A DNA stretch of 64,000 nucleotides from Infirmifilum sp. (GCA_041287245.1 JBEULP010000117.1:192001-256000); one strand, 5' to 3'; shown: positions 29,622-40,069, counted from the stretch's first letter. Program-made: numbers and translations. The notes: a model not told the origin generated them from the sequence alone.

Positions 29622-30047
29622 TTACTCTTCGGAACTTATCACAACAATGTTCTTTAAATTTTCCGCCATATTATTAATGGTGTAAGAGAGCTTTAAAAGG
29701 AGAGCGGCGGAATCCATAGCCTTGCAGGAGTCATGCGACTTAATGGCATCCGATATGTCCATTAAAGCCTGAGAAATCATGTTCTTAACATTCTCAACAA
29801 CCTGTTCTGTTCTACCCCGGTATTCTATCGATAAAGGCATTGAAGAAACCCTGAGAAACGAGGATAAGGCATCGGCTAGAGTGTAAAGAGCATTACTAAG
29901 CACGAAATAATAGTTTTCATCTGTAATAAGCCCAATTGAGAGCAAAACCATGCCTATATTTCTCATCTGCTGAGGATCAATAACGTTACTCTTCACGTCC
30001 CGTGAAGCTTCGATAATTATTTTCTCAACACCCTTTTCCACATCCAT
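29622..30047 (-). CDS. Hypothetical helical protein
   Basis: 141-aa ORF tightly coupled to neighbours. Confidence 0.65.
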   Translation of the reverse strand: MDVEKGVEKIIIEASRDVKSNVIDPQQMRNIGMVLLSIGLITDENYYFVLSNALYTLADALSSFLRVSSMPLSIEYRGRTEQVVENVKNMISQALMDISDAIKSHDSCKAMDSAALLLKLSYTINNMAENLKNIVVISSEE

Positions 30048-30328
30048 AACCCTACCCTCGACTCTCCAAGCTCCAACATACTTGAACGGTATAACCTGTA
30101 TATTATCTTCTTAGTTTCCTCGATTTCCCGGAGCGTCGCATGAATATCTTCTGCGGTTTCTTTTTCTTCCGTACACTTTAGAAGTTTTTTCAAATGAGTC
30201 TCGGTAACCACCAGTTCAAGTGCTAGCGACTCTAAGTCTTCAATCGTAGGTCCCCTAGCTATGATACCAGCTAGTTTACGGGTGAAGTAACCCGGTGGGC
30301 ATTTCTTCTTGTTTATTTTCTGCTCCAT
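30017..30328 (-). CDS. Hypothetical coiled-coil protein
   Basis: 103-aa ORF overlapping the next gene; TATA-like box upstream. Confidence 0.6.
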   Translation of the reverse strand: MEQKINKKKCPPGYFTRKLAGIIARGPTIEDLESLALELVVTETHLKKLLKCTEEKETAEDIHATLREIEETKKIIYRLYRSSMLELGESRVGLWMWKRVLRK

Positions 30329-30470
30329 TGTACGCTCTCTAAATCACAGAGGAACCAAATAAAACTTTTCGTGGGCATAAGAACTGAGATCCATTTTATT
30401 TCAACTATTTTATATTTTAAAAAAGATATTTTTATAAAACGCTTTTACGAAACCTTGTGCAGGGGCTAGA

Positions 30471-31535
30471 ATGATTGTTGACGACCAGGCACTTTCATCT
30501 ATTGCTCGCGGGGGGATAGCTCTAAAGCTTTATCCTAATGAATGGGAGGTTATTTCAGCTGCGACTAAAGCTCTTACGATTTCAAAGATCTCAGAAGCCA
30601 CGAAGCTTCCCTATAGCACTGTTATAGACGTAGTTAAAAGGCTGGCAAAGCGAAACATCAATCTTTCCTTTGTCCCGAATTATGAGAAAATAGGCTTGAA
30701 GTCGCTATTTCTTTTATTTGAGGAAAAGCCGATAAGAAATTTTCCAGTATATACATTGTCTGTCTATAAGATAATAGGTAGGAAACGCTACTTGGGGGTT
30801 GAGGCTCTAGTACCTGAAAGGTACCTTGATGATTATATCTCACTGTTTTCGGGAGAGCCAGCCTATTCTTTAAGCACGTTTGAGGTTAAATATTGGACTC
30901 CTTTAGGAAAACTAACACAGTATTATCCCCGTCTAGGTCTTTTATTACCTGATAGTAAACACCTTATGGACGTGTTACGTGAAGCAAGTGTGCCTCCGAG
31001 CCCCCAGGAAAAGAAATGGATCGACTGGGTTGATCTAGTTGTACTGTATTTTAAGGTGAAGTATGCCTTCACAAAACTAAGTTCCATGTTAACCCTTGTG
31101 AGACAGTTTTTCGGAGTTGACCCACCCAGCAGACAATTAATGAGCTACCACTACAGGACGCATGTAACTGCTCTCTGGAGTTACAACTGCCCAACTTTTC
31201 GCCTTAATACTTCTCTTATACCTCTCAAGCTTTTTGTATTTGGAGGCAAAGAAGGGGAAACTGCGGCACGTGTCTTAGTTCAAGCTCCATATATGTATGA
31301 GGCACTGGTAGGCGAATCTACTGCAGTGGTGCTTGGACAGCCTCCCAGCTATTTAGAACCCTTAATACATACTGTGATGAACATGACCACTCCCGAACTA
31401 CTTTTCGGGCCACTTCTCATTAGTAGCGAACGCTCAACCCCATGGATAACTGCTAAGGTAGTTGAGTCTTACAGGGTTAAGGGTGAGTTCCCAGATCCTA
31501 CAGTGGACGGTTTCTCATTTGAAAATATTTATTAA
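30471..31535 (+). CDS. Lrp/AsnC-like winged-helix regulator with duplicated architecture
   Basis: TISKISEATKLPYSTV..NYEKIGL; second HTH-like segment SRQLMSYHYRTHV. Confidence 0.6.
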   Translation: MIVDDQALSSIARGGIALKLYPNEWEVISAATKALTISKISEATKLPYSTVIDVVKRLAKRNINLSFVPNYEKIGLKSLFLLFEEKPIRNFPVYTLSVYKIIGRKRYLGVEALVPERYLDDYISLFSGEPAYSLSTFEVKYWTPLGKLTQYYPRLGLLLPDSKHLMDVLREASVPPSPQEKKWIDWVDLVVLYFKVKYAFTKLSSMLTLVRQFFGVDPPSRQLMSYHYRTHVTALWSYNCPTFRLNTSLIPLKLFVFGGKEGETAARVLVQAPYMYEALVGESTAVVLGQPPSYLEPLIHTVMNMTTPELLFGPLLISSERSTPWITAKVVESYRVKGEFPDPTVDGFSFENIY

Positions 31536-31559
31536 TAAGCCATAGTAATAATTACAATC

Positions 31560-31976
31560 GTGGAGTGCCTCAGGCCTGAAGAAACAGTTGAAATTCTAAG
31601 TAAAGAACTTGAGAAAGAGGGATACCTTAACATCCCCTCGGAAGACGCTAAAACTTTAATAATTTACTCACCTATAGTAACATCCTCAATTCTATTTGTG
31701 AGAATAGAGGAAGGTGTTACGCGATATATTCTTCCTTATAATAAGGGGAATAGCCAGTTTCTCCTTGAAAGATTAAAGAGTGCCTCCTTTAATAACTGTA
31801 TAATTGAAACCCTAAGTTTAACTGAGGGGGTTGAAGGGATTGAAATTGCTTGCCTAAACGTTGGCATCATAGATGCAGCTAAAATAAAAGAGATGATCGG
31901 TCGTATAGTGGGAAGTGTATTGGATTTAAAACAGGTCAAGGAGGACGCACTTATTCAAACAGACATTATGATCTAG
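31560..31976 (+). CDS. Hypothetical protein
   Basis: 138-aa ORF, co-oriented with the upstream gene. Confidence 0.55.
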   Translation: MECLRPEETVEILSKELEKEGYLNIPSEDAKTLIIYSPIVTSSILFVRIEEGVTRYILPYNKGNSQFLLERLKSASFNNCIIETLSLTEGVEGIEIACLNVGIIDAAKIKEMIGRIVGSVLDLKQVKEDALIQTDIMI

Positions 31977-32355
31977 CTAAACGCCTCTTTAGATATTTTT
32001 CTTTGAGTAGCTTAACCTTCTTATTATTAACAATACTCCCATGGGGCCTTAGCCCTCCGGAAAAGCTGCTTGGAATGTGGAGAAGCTCATGAATAACGAC
32101 CTCTACCTTTTTTTCAAAGACGAGTCTGTCGAATCTTTCAGAAACAACTTCAATAACGTAAAGGGGTTGAAGATTAAAAGCTACCTGAAATGGCCTCGGC
32201 AAACCATATATCCGCGCAACAGCCATGCTATGAGAACCATAGCTCCTCAAAAAGCCTAGATTTTCTATTCGTATCCACTTCATCTTCAGTTTTTTCACAA
32301 TATCTTGTGCGAGGAGTTTAACATCCTCAGCCGGCTCATATTTAACGCGAGGCAT
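31966..32355 (-). CDS. Putative zinc metallopeptidase
   Basis: ARIYGL, YVIEVVSERF, IHELLHIP (HExxH). Confidence 0.8.
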   Translation of the reverse strand: MPRVKYEPAEDVKLLAQDIVKKLKMKWIRIENLGFLRSYGSHSMAVARIYGLPRPFQVAFNLQPLYVIEVVSERFDRLVFEKKVEVVIHELLHIPSSFSGGLRPHGSIVNNKKVKLLKEKYLKRRLARS

Positions 32356-32536
32356 ACTGTTTTCCTGATCCGAACGCCTATGCTCATCTTAAGCATTCTC
32401 CTATGGATTTACTTTCTTGCTATTTTCTTCAAGTTTAATATCTACTAAGAAATTTTCAAGCTGTTCTCGATGATAGAAACAGGTAAGGATTATGGGGTTA
32501 TAGAGTGCACCGTGTTATTCATCTACAACGGTTAGC

Positions 32537-32923
32537 CTACTCCTGGTCTACTTCCATTATCGAAGAAAGTGTTTTTCGAAAATCATTAATCTTGCTAATG
32601 ATTGCCATCACAGTTGTTTTGCCAAATAGTCCATACTCTACATAAGATCTGAGGATCAGTTTCCCATCTTTAACCTCTACGTCTACGTCTTTTTGTTCTA
32701 GAAGCTGCGATGGCATGGTTTCAGTCTCAAGTTCAGCGTACATCATGACCTTCACGTTTTTTCCAAACGACACTATCTCGGCTGTCATGTACTTGTCCAA
32801 TGCCAAGACATCCCACCGGCTATTTGGCTCTAGCTGTGTCAAAACCCTGTAAAGATCTCTGAAGCCCTCCACTAGAATAAATTTGATACCTTCGATCTCA
32901 AAGGATCTTGAGCCAGCTGACAC
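32537..32923 (-). CDS. Hypothetical protein
   Basis: 128-aa ORF with TATA box upstream. Confidence 0.6.
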   Translation of the reverse strand: MSAGSRSFEIEGIKFILVEGFRDLYRVLTQLEPNSRWDVLALDKYMTAEIVSFGKNVKVMMYAELETETMPSQLLEQKDVDVEVKDGKLILRSYVEYGLFGKTTVMAIISKINDFRKTLSSIMEVDQE

Positions 32924-33012
32924 TATTTCAATCCGATGTTCAATTACCCACTCTATATTAAATTGTTTTTCTTGTAGAGCGAAACATATAAGCCCTCAAC
33001 CGTGAATATCAT

Positions 33013-33267
33013 ATGCCAGCTCGTAAACGCTATATTGTGAAACTGGGTGAGGACGGTACTCTAAGAATACCCGGCGCGTTGCTTGAGGAACTCGGCGTTA
33101 CTGCCGGCGCTTATGTAACTATTACACGCGAGGGGTCAGGATTGATCTTAAGATTTCGGGCAAAAAGAGTTCCAATAAAGCTTGGGAGGCAGATTACGAC
33201 CATAGAGATGGAGAAGTTAATAAAGGAAGCGTTAGATGAACTGGTGGTGGCCAGATGGGAGACATAA
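33013..33267 (+). CDS. vapB: AbrB/MazE-type antitoxin
   Basis: VKLGEDG.LRIP..L.EELG...G; overlaps the PIN gene. Confidence 0.85.
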   Translation: MPARKRYIVKLGEDGTLRIPGALLEELGVTAGAYVTITREGSGLILRFRAKRVPIKLGRQITTIEMEKLIKEALDELVVARWET

Positions 33268-33674
33268 GTAGGATAGTTGTGGATACAGATATATTACTGC
33301 ATGATACCTTTGAAGACAGTGAAAAGCATACAGAAGCCTCGGAAATTTTAGACGAGGCCGACAGGATCTATTTAGCATCCATCGTGACACATGAGTATCT
33401 GTGGCTACTGCTTACGAAGTTTAAGATTGACATTGAGGTAGTCCGTGAAAAGCTTGAGGAATATTTTAGCGACTCTCGTTTTATATATATAAGCGAGAAC
33501 AGTGAAGTTTTCCTTAAAGCGCTTGAATGGATGCGTGATGATAGAGCGGATCCTACGATGATTAATGACTATATCATTCTTGTTCTGGCACAAAGGCTCG
33601 GAGCATCTCTTGCCACTTACGATGATGAACTTAAAGAGATCGCACGAAGAAGAGGTCTTACGGTAATGCCATAG
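33255..33674 (+). CDS. vapC: PIN-domain toxin
   Basis: VVDTD, E, ND..I, LATYD..L acidic PIN motifs. Confidence 0.9.
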   Translation: MGDISRIVVDTDILLHDTFEDSEKHTEASEILDEADRIYLASIVTHEYLWLLLTKFKIDIEVVREKLEEYFSDSRFIYISENSEVFLKALEWMRDDRADPTMINDYIILVLAQRLGASLATYDDELKEIARRRGLTVMP

Positions 33675-33796
33675 CGGACGATTTTTTCTTAGTTTTTCTC
33701 GAGTAAGTGATTTTAGTATTCTCCGGAGTAGGAACTATAAGATAGACAGGTTTATTTTCAAGTATATTATTCACTGCACTGAGGACGGATCTCGAA

Positions 33797-35080
33797 ATGG
33801 AAAAGAGGATAATATTAGTGCTTGCTGTCCTAGCGCTAGTTGGCTTTTTAGGGGGACTTTATCTTACAGGGACTCTGAAGTTCCCAACTCAAAACCCTTC
33901 TGCGTCATGCCCCACACCGTCCATCGTGTATGTATACGAAACTGAAGCACAGAAGAATGCGGCTGACTCGATTACATCTACTTTTAAAACTGTGTTGAAT
34001 AACTACGGTATAAACATAATCAATGTCCCCGTATGTACTATTCCAGCAAGCGCACTTCCTCAAAAGCTAAGGGTTTATCCTGCCTTACTTTACAAGGGGA
34101 ACATTTCAGCCTTACGCATGTACACTACGGGAAGTATAGGAGACTATAATATCCTTGCACCGACCATCTCGGCTACATTTGCCTACTACCAAGGTGTGAA
34201 GGTAACATTTGGAGTTACAGTTGAGGCGTTGATAGTTGAAGGTAGCTCGCCTTATTCAAAGCTAAATGTAAGCGACGAAACCCTCAAGGATATGTTAGCT
34301 CAGGTGGCCATAGCAAACATTGCGAAGATAACCCGTGTAAAACCTGAGGAAATAGGAGTAACCCCGCTTTATCTTCCGACAACAGTGTTTAAATCTGATT
34401 ACAACCTATCACAAGGAGTAAAATACCTTGTAAAACTGAAGGACAACATATATGGGTTATCAAACGAGACTCAGCTATCCTTGCTTTCATACCTTGGAAT
34501 AAGCGTGTATGAGATCAGAACGCCTCCTGCGCCGATATTAAACAAAGGGGTTCCCTACGGAAGTAATGCGACTGTCACCCTCTACCTCCTAGAGGATTAC
34601 CACTGTCCCTTCTGCGCCGACTTATTCAATAGTGTTGGAAACGAGTTTCAATCCATTGTAAGGCAGGGGAAACTCCAGCTCGTATTTGTTGATCTAATTG
34701 TTCATCCTGAGGTGATCGAAATGCATGCTTTTACTAAATGCATCTATAATATGACGGGCAGTGGCGAGGTTTATTTTAATATAACAAGAGACTTGTATCG
34801 CATTGGAACATCAACTACGATAAATGATTCAAAATCTATAGCGTTAAGATATTTGTCCCAAGGGATCGTTACGAAGGCGCAAGAATGCGCTAACGCAACC
34901 GTTAATGATGTTCGACAGAATGCGCAGCAGATCACAAGTATCGGCTTTACTGGGACACCGACACTGATATTCTGGAACAACTCTACACGAAAGGGAATAG
35001 TTATTGAAGGATGCTTACAGGTTCACCCATGCTTGACGCAGCAGCAGCTGGAACAGATACTTGCATGGTTAGGTAGCTAA
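33797..35080 (+). CDS. Membrane-anchored DsbA/thioredoxin-domain protein
   Basis: N-terminal signal/TM helix; DYHCPFC and GTPT motifs. Confidence 0.8.
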   Translation: MEKRIILVLAVLALVGFLGGLYLTGTLKFPTQNPSASCPTPSIVYVYETEAQKNAADSITSTFKTVLNNYGINIINVPVCTIPASALPQKLRVYPALLYKGNISALRMYTTGSIGDYNILAPTISATFAYYQGVKVTFGVTVEALIVEGSSPYSKLNVSDETLKDMLAQVAIANIAKITRVKPEEIGVTPLYLPTTVFKSDYNLSQGVKYLVKLKDNIYGLSNETQLSLLSYLGISVYEIRTPPAPILNKGVPYGSNATVTLYLLEDYHCPFCADLFNSVGNEFQSIVRQGKLQLVFVDLIVHPEVIEMHAFTKCIYNMTGSGEVYFNITRDLYRIGTSTTINDSKSIALRYLSQGIVTKAQECANATVNDVRQNAQQITSIGFTGTPTLIFWNNSTRKGIVIEGCLQVHPCLTQQQLEQILAWLGS

Positions 35081-35185
35081 GAACTATTACGTAAGTCCTT
35101 TTTTAGCTTAGAATGGTTAGAGCCTAATATTTTGAATATTTTATAGCGAAAATCTTATATATTGGAATTCAATCCAATTACCAAA

Positions 35186-35707
35186 ATGAACTCGAGAGAA
35201 CTTGCTGTCGCCGCCGTCTTCGTATCGTTAAGTGTCTCACTGAGAATAGTCAAGAATGCATTAACCTCAATCCAATTTCTAAATATCCCCTTATTATTTG
35301 CACTTGTCGCCTCAGCAATTTATGGTTCAAAAATTGGTTTCCTAGTAGGATTTTTCTCCTACTTTCTCTCGGATTTGATGATATTTCCAGGCATTTGGAC
35401 CCTAGTAAACTCTACTTGTGCTGGCTTAACAGCATTTTTCTATCATTTTGTGGCGAAGAGTTCTGAAGGGAAAACAGTACATTTTGTTGTGACATTTTTA
35501 TTTCTTCTAGCTTTCGATGTTATAACTTCAACCTTGCTCTACATTGCTTTTGGACTGGAATTTTTAAAGGCTGTTATATTTTCTTTCGTGGGGCTCTTCC
35601 TACCCGTTATGGGAGGCTATCTTATTGGGGTAGGTCCTTTGACCGAAGCACTAACATCACTGCTAGTAGTTCTGCTTATAGAGGAGATTATTAAGAGAAA
35701 AATATAA
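35186..35707 (+). CDS. ECF transporter S component (CbrT-like)
   Basis: MNSRELAV..., YG..IG..VG...SD..G.WT; hydrophobic; upstream of a DUF4430 gene. Confidence 0.7.
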   Translation: MNSRELAVAAVFVSLSVSLRIVKNALTSIQFLNIPLLFALVASAIYGSKIGFLVGFFSYFLSDLMIFPGIWTLVNSTCAGLTAFFYHFVAKSSEGKTVHFVVTFLFLLAFDVITSTLLYIAFGLEFLKAVIFSFVGLFLPVMGGYLIGVGPLTEALTSLLVVLLIEEIIKRKI

Positions 35708-35732
35708 ATATTGGATAAAAAACCAGTTATCC

Positions 35733-36191
35733 GTGAGCTCTAAAAATCAACAGCTCGTTTTAGTGATCTTGTTGATATGGGCTTTAATAGCGAGTGCTGC
35801 AGCAAGCTACCTCTATCTCGAGAATGAATATCTAAACAGGGAAATATCGGCAATTGGAACCAAGTATGTGAAGGTCAATATTGGCATTAATTATGGTAAC
35901 GGAACAATCGCCTGGTACAATCAGACTTTACTCCCCAAAGGTGCTACGGCTCTTACAGCTCTTCTAACTGTTGCACGGGTTGAGTATAAGATAGGAACGT
36001 GGGGAGCCTATGTTACCAGTGTTAATGGAGTCGCTGAAAAAATATTATCGAACAACGAGGGGTACTCTTGGATGTGGTATAGATACGCTTCAGACAAGGG
36101 AAAGCTTGTTCAGGGGGAGGTGGCTGCTGATAAATATAAATTAACCGAAGGCGAAACAATTGTATGGAGTTATGAGCACTGGAAATTCTGA
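35733..36191 (+). CDS. DUF4430 (transcobalamin-like) exported protein
   Basis: TM anchor, GAYVTSVNGV..WMWY..AD.YKL..G..IVWSY. Confidence 0.8.
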   Translation: MSSKNQQLVLVILLIWALIASAAASYLYLENEYLNREISAIGTKYVKVNIGINYGNGTIAWYNQTLLPKGATALTALLTVARVEYKIGTWGAYVTSVNGVAEKILSNNEGYSWMWYRYASDKGKLVQGEVAADKYKLTEGETIVWSYEHWKF

Positions 36192-36792
36192 GGAGCAACT
36201 CCTTTTATTGCTTTTTCTCTACTTTAACAGAGATTACTTTGGGAGATCCGGTCTTGCCAGAGCTCTCCAAGTGGGTGAAGGTAGGCTTAGGAGGCTACTT
36301 GCAGAATTAGCGGATGTCGGGTTTATAGTGAAGGTAAGAGCTGGTACAAGGCTCACTGCGAGAGGGGTTAGTGAGGTTGAGCGATATTTGCTGCAAAAAG
36401 GTGTGGTTGGGGTTTTCCTATCAAGTGCTGAGGAACTTGGATCGGAAGTTGCGGTAGTAGCATATACTCTGGTGGGTTATAGTCCCAGCATACGAATAGT
36501 GGAGCTTAGGGACGAGGCGGTTAGAGGAGGTGCTAGGGGGGCAGTGCTACTAAGATATGAAGATGGGAAACTTATCGTGCCTCCTATCGAAGAAGACTTT
36601 TGTGTTTATGCAAAGACGTTGTGTAGAAACATCATGAGACGGAAGGAGCCAAAGCAAGGATCACTTGTCATAACCGTATTTGGAGACAGTCTTAAGGATG
36701 CAGTCCAAGGACTGGTCAGACTCCTTGAAAGCAGGTACTACCTTGCCTTAATCCATCCATCCAAAACACCTGGAAGCTCGGCTAAAGTGTAA
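36172..36792 (+). CDS. Winged-helix protein (DUF4443-like)
   Basis: GR..LA..L..GEG..R..L and LRDEAVRGGA.GA motifs. Confidence 0.75.
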   Translation: MSTGNSEEQLLLLLFLYFNRDYFGRSGLARALQVGEGRLRRLLAELADVGFIVKVRAGTRLTARGVSEVERYLLQKGVVGVFLSSAEELGSEVAVVAYTLVGYSPSIRIVELRDEAVRGGARGAVLLRYEDGKLIVPPIEEDFCVYAKTLCRNIMRRKEPKQGSLVITVFGDSLKDAVQGLVRLLESRYYLALIHPSKTPGSSAKV

Positions 36793-37454
36793 ATGTAAGC
36801 GTCAGCTGCGCTCGCCTTTGTCTTCGCGTATTTCAAAACCTGAATGGTTTTAAACCCTGCTCTCTGGGCACCCTCGATATCAGCGATTGGGTCGTCCCCC
36901 ACATGTACGCATTTAGGCGGCTCTGTACCCATAAGCTTGGAGGCTAACTGGAATATCTCTTTTGCAGGTTTTTTCCAGGATACAGCCTGGGAAGCAATAA
37001 GAACATCAACATAATCTATTATCCCAGTCTCTCGAAGCCTTTTCGAGACAATATCGTAGCTGCCTACATTCGTAATGATTCCAATACGTAGTCCCCGCTC
37101 TCGTAAGGCTGAGAGGACGCTATTAGCATCAGGATCCAGTTTAAAGCCACTCACATACGCTTTGAGTATTTCGAGGTAAAGTTTCTCGGATACAAGTGGT
37201 CTTGGAATAACCCCTATCTCGCGTAGAAAAAACATGGAACGAATCAGATCCCACTCTTCTAAATAGTCAAACCAGTTGCCAGTCTTTTCCCAGATCTTAA
37301 GAACCTCTGCTTCACTTAACTCCTTGTTAAATTCTCTTTTTACAAATTGTGTCAGGGTCTTCGCCAAAGCTTGTTTAAACCCTACATCGTAAACTAGTGT
37401 TCCTCCCATGTCGAAAAAAACTGCTTCAACAGTACGGCTCACAGGGGAATACAA
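36738..37454 (-). CDS. HAD-superfamily hydrolase
   Basis: FFDMGGTL, ITN, KP, HVGDD..ADIEGA. Confidence 0.9.
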   Translation of the reverse strand: MYSPVSRTVEAVFFDMGGTLVYDVGFKQALAKTLTQFVKREFNKELSEAEVLKIWEKTGNWFDYLEEWDLIRSMFFLREIGVIPRPLVSEKLYLEILKAYVSGFKLDPDANSVLSALRERGLRIGIITNVGSYDIVSKRLRETGIIDYVDVLIASQAVSWKKPAKEIFQLASKLMGTEPPKCVHVGDDPIADIEGAQRAGFKTIQVLKYAKTKASAADAYIYTLAELPGVLDGWIKAR

Positions 37455-37552
37455 CCCCCGCTCTTTATATTCTTAATCAATCACGATAGCTGTGCATGAG
37501 AGAAAAACTTTATAGTGGCGTTATATTTCTGCTTAATAGACTTGTGATCTTC

Positions 37553-38206
37553 ATGGAAGATTTTCATCAGGATGCCACTAGGCTAGTTTCAAAGGGTAGG
37601 ATTAAAGCCCTTTTGTCCGAAGAAGGAGAAATATTATACCTCGATATTGACGGAAGTATATACGAGGGGGTGGGGGATAGAGTCCCGGTACCTCTCTGGA
37701 GGTTGAGGAGATTAAAACTTAAAGACATTCCTCCCAATGTGTTTATCGAGCCTGTGGAGAGAATACAAGAGAACATTATTTACACTCTCCGCTACTCACC
37801 TAGATTATTCTTTGATGCTAGGTTTAGCTACGGTAACGTTAAAGTCGAGGTTACGGAGTGGGCGCAAACATGGGACGGCTACATAGGATTCTATGCTTAT
37901 ATGGAATCTCTCGCATCAATATTAGAAGAAGCAGAAGAAACAGGGTTTATAAGAGATCTTAACGTGGACTTTTCAGACGACTCTTTTTATATCTCTTTCA
38001 CAATAGACCTGCCAAAGGAGATGACCATTCTGAGAGCTATCAAGGTTACCAAAAGTATTCTACAGCTAGTTGATCACGAGACAGAATACCACGCTGCCCT
38101 GTTGGCCCTTAGAGAGGCGAGGAAAATATTGAAAAGAGGCAAGCAAAAACACTACTCTGCGTTTATTGAAAAGCTTGAGAAGATCTACAAGCGCTATGAG
38201 CTGTAA
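37553..38206 (+). CDS. Hypothetical protein
   Basis: Long ORF; ATG at 37553 lies downstream of TATA-like boxes. Confidence 0.65.
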   Translation: MEDFHQDATRLVSKGRIKALLSEEGEILYLDIDGSIYEGVGDRVPVPLWRLRRLKLKDIPPNVFIEPVERIQENIIYTLRYSPRLFFDARFSYGNVKVEVTEWAQTWDGYIGFYAYMESLASILEEAEETGFIRDLNVDFSDDSFYISFTIDLPKEMTILRAIKVTKSILQLVDHETEYHAALLALREARKILKRGKQKHYSAFIEKLEKIYKRYEL

Positions 38207-38275
38207 TGCTCCTCTGATTCTTTTTCTAAAACATAAACTAGCAAAAAGCATATTTATCAAAGCTCTCTAACCCCT

Positions 38276-38785
38276 TTGAAACAAATGCTTGACGAGAAGG
38301 ATTTAGCCATCCTGGAGGCGCTTCAAGAAAATGCAAGGTTAACGGTTAAAGAGCTAAGCAAGAAAATAGGATCTCCTATAACCACCGCTCACGCAAGGCT
38401 CAAGAGATTGGAGAGAGAGGGTTACATAAAGGCGTACCGCGCAATCCTTGAGCCCAAAAAATTGGGTTTTCCAACAATCGCGTTTATCTTTGTAAGCTTC
38501 GCGAAAATACAAGGCATAGATCAGCGAAAAGTGGCGGAGGCTATAGGTAAGTTCCCAGAAGTACAAGAGGTTCACATAATCACCGGTGAATGGGATATTT
38601 TGGTTAAAGTGCGCGTGAAAAGTGTTGATGAGCTAGGGGATTTTGTAGTAAACAAACTCAGAAACATAGAAGGAGTTGAAAAGACCTATACTTCAGTTGT
38701 ACTTGAAAACGTGAAGGAGACAACCAAACTGCCTGTTAGCAAGCTACCCGGACACGCCTCCAGAGAAAAAACCGAGGAAAAATAA
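38276..38785 (+). CDS. Lrp/AsnC-family regulator
   Basis: LDEKDLAIL..LQENAR..RLKRLEREG.I..KLG, ITGEWD. Confidence 0.93.
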   Translation: MKQMLDEKDLAILEALQENARLTVKELSKKIGSPITTAHARLKRLEREGYIKAYRAILEPKKLGFPTIAFIFVSFAKIQGIDQRKVAEAIGKFPEVQEVHIITGEWDILVKVRVKSVDELGDFVVNKLRNIEGVEKTYTSVVLENVKETTKLPVSKLPGHASREKTEEK

Positions 38786-38835
38786 GTTTACGAAACTCCT
38801 ATAAACACCCATGGTTTTGAGATTGCGGGGTTCTT

Positions 38836-39270
38836 GTGAAGAAAATCTACTTTGCGGCTCCAATGAGGGGAGTTAGGGACGCCTTGAATGAAAGTAGGGC
38901 TATACTTAAAAGGCTTGAAGAGTGCGGAAACCTAATTCTCACGAAGCACGTTGTAGAGGACGTTCTCGATACGGATAAAGGCTTAACGCACCAGGAGGTT
39001 TTTGCCAGGGATGTTCAACTCCTAGATGAAGCTGATCTCCTGATAGCCGAGGTATCATATCCCAGTCTTGGTGTGGGTTTTGAAATAGCCTATACTCTCT
39101 TAAAAGGCAAGCCTGTTGTAGCTTTAGTCAAGAAAGACCGGGTTGAAGCCCTATCATCTCTAATCAGGGGGATAACGTGGAGCAACTTTTACCTTATAGA
39201 GTATTCAGACCTGCGTGAGGCCTTTGAAGGTCTAGGGAAGCTTGGCCTTGTCAAGGGTGATTGCCTGTGA
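38836..39270 (+). CDS. Nucleoside 2-deoxyribosyltransferase/DNPH1-like N-glycosidase
   Basis: KIYFA, RD..L..AD..IAEVS.PSLGVGFE. Confidence 0.85.
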   Translation: MKKIYFAAPMRGVRDALNESRAILKRLEECGNLILTKHVVEDVLDTDKGLTHQEVFARDVQLLDEADLLIAEVSYPSLGVGFEIAYTLLKGKPVVALVKKDRVEALSSLIRGITWSNFYLIEYSDLREAFEGLGKLGLVKGDCL

Positions 39271-40040
39271 AGGCAGGCATAGTTATACTTGACAATGCCT
39301 CAAAACCCGAGTCATCTAGAAAGTGGCTTGAAGGTTATCTAAAGTCTATAGGTGTAGAGGTAAGCTCGTATCTTCTAAAGCTAGGCGATATTGATTATTT
39401 GAAGGAAATCTTCAGTCAAAACGACGCTTTAATCATTGTGGGCGCTGCGGGCGAGAAGAGTGTTGTCGGAAAGGTTGCTGAACTGCTTAACCTAGGCGTT
39501 GAGGTAAACGGTGAAGCGCTGGAAATGATTAGGAGCTACTATTCGGATCAGATTGATCTCCCAGAGCATGTTGAGGAAAAAGCTATGATGCCTGAGTTTA
39601 GCTTTGTTGTTCCCAACGAGCGAGGACCAGTACCAGGATTTGTTGCCTTTAGCCTCACTAATGATAAGTTCATCGCGGCAACCCCAGCAAGGTTTGAGGA
39701 AGCCGTCGAGTGTTTCGAAACCGGGATACAGGACTTTTTCAGGGCTAAAACCGGTAAAAAATATTCTGTAACGTTCACGCTCTACCTAGATGGAAGCATT
39801 GAGGAAGCCGAAAACATGGTTAGAAAACTTGAAACCCAGGCGGAAAACACCTTCATACGTCTTGATGCAAGATTTCTAGGCCGTGAAGGAGTGCCGATCG
39901 TCCTCACAGTTTACGCCGCAACACCCGAGGAGCTCTCGGATACGATGGCAAAACTGGAGGATTATTCTCATCGTTTGGCGCAGGAAATGGGAAAAAAGCT
40001 CATCGAAAAAACCCAGCCCGAACAGGAAGAAGAGTTTTAA
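39261..40040 (+). CDS. CinA/molybdopterin-binding-domain-like protein (divergent)
   Basis: WL...L...G, N.EAL..I..YY, KAMMP...VPN..G..PG pattern. Confidence 0.6.
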   Translation: MPVKAGIVILDNASKPESSRKWLEGYLKSIGVEVSSYLLKLGDIDYLKEIFSQNDALIIVGAAGEKSVVGKVAELLNLGVEVNGEALEMIRSYYSDQIDLPEHVEEKAMMPEFSFVVPNERGPVPGFVAFSLTNDKFIAATPARFEEAVECFETGIQDFFRAKTGKKYSVTFTLYLDGSIEEAENMVRKLETQAENTFIRLDARFLGREGVPIVLTVYAATPEELSDTMAKLEDYSHRLAQEMGKKLIEKTQPEQEEEF

Positions 40041-40069
40041 ATCCTCTACTCCTGCTTTTAAGGGTTATC

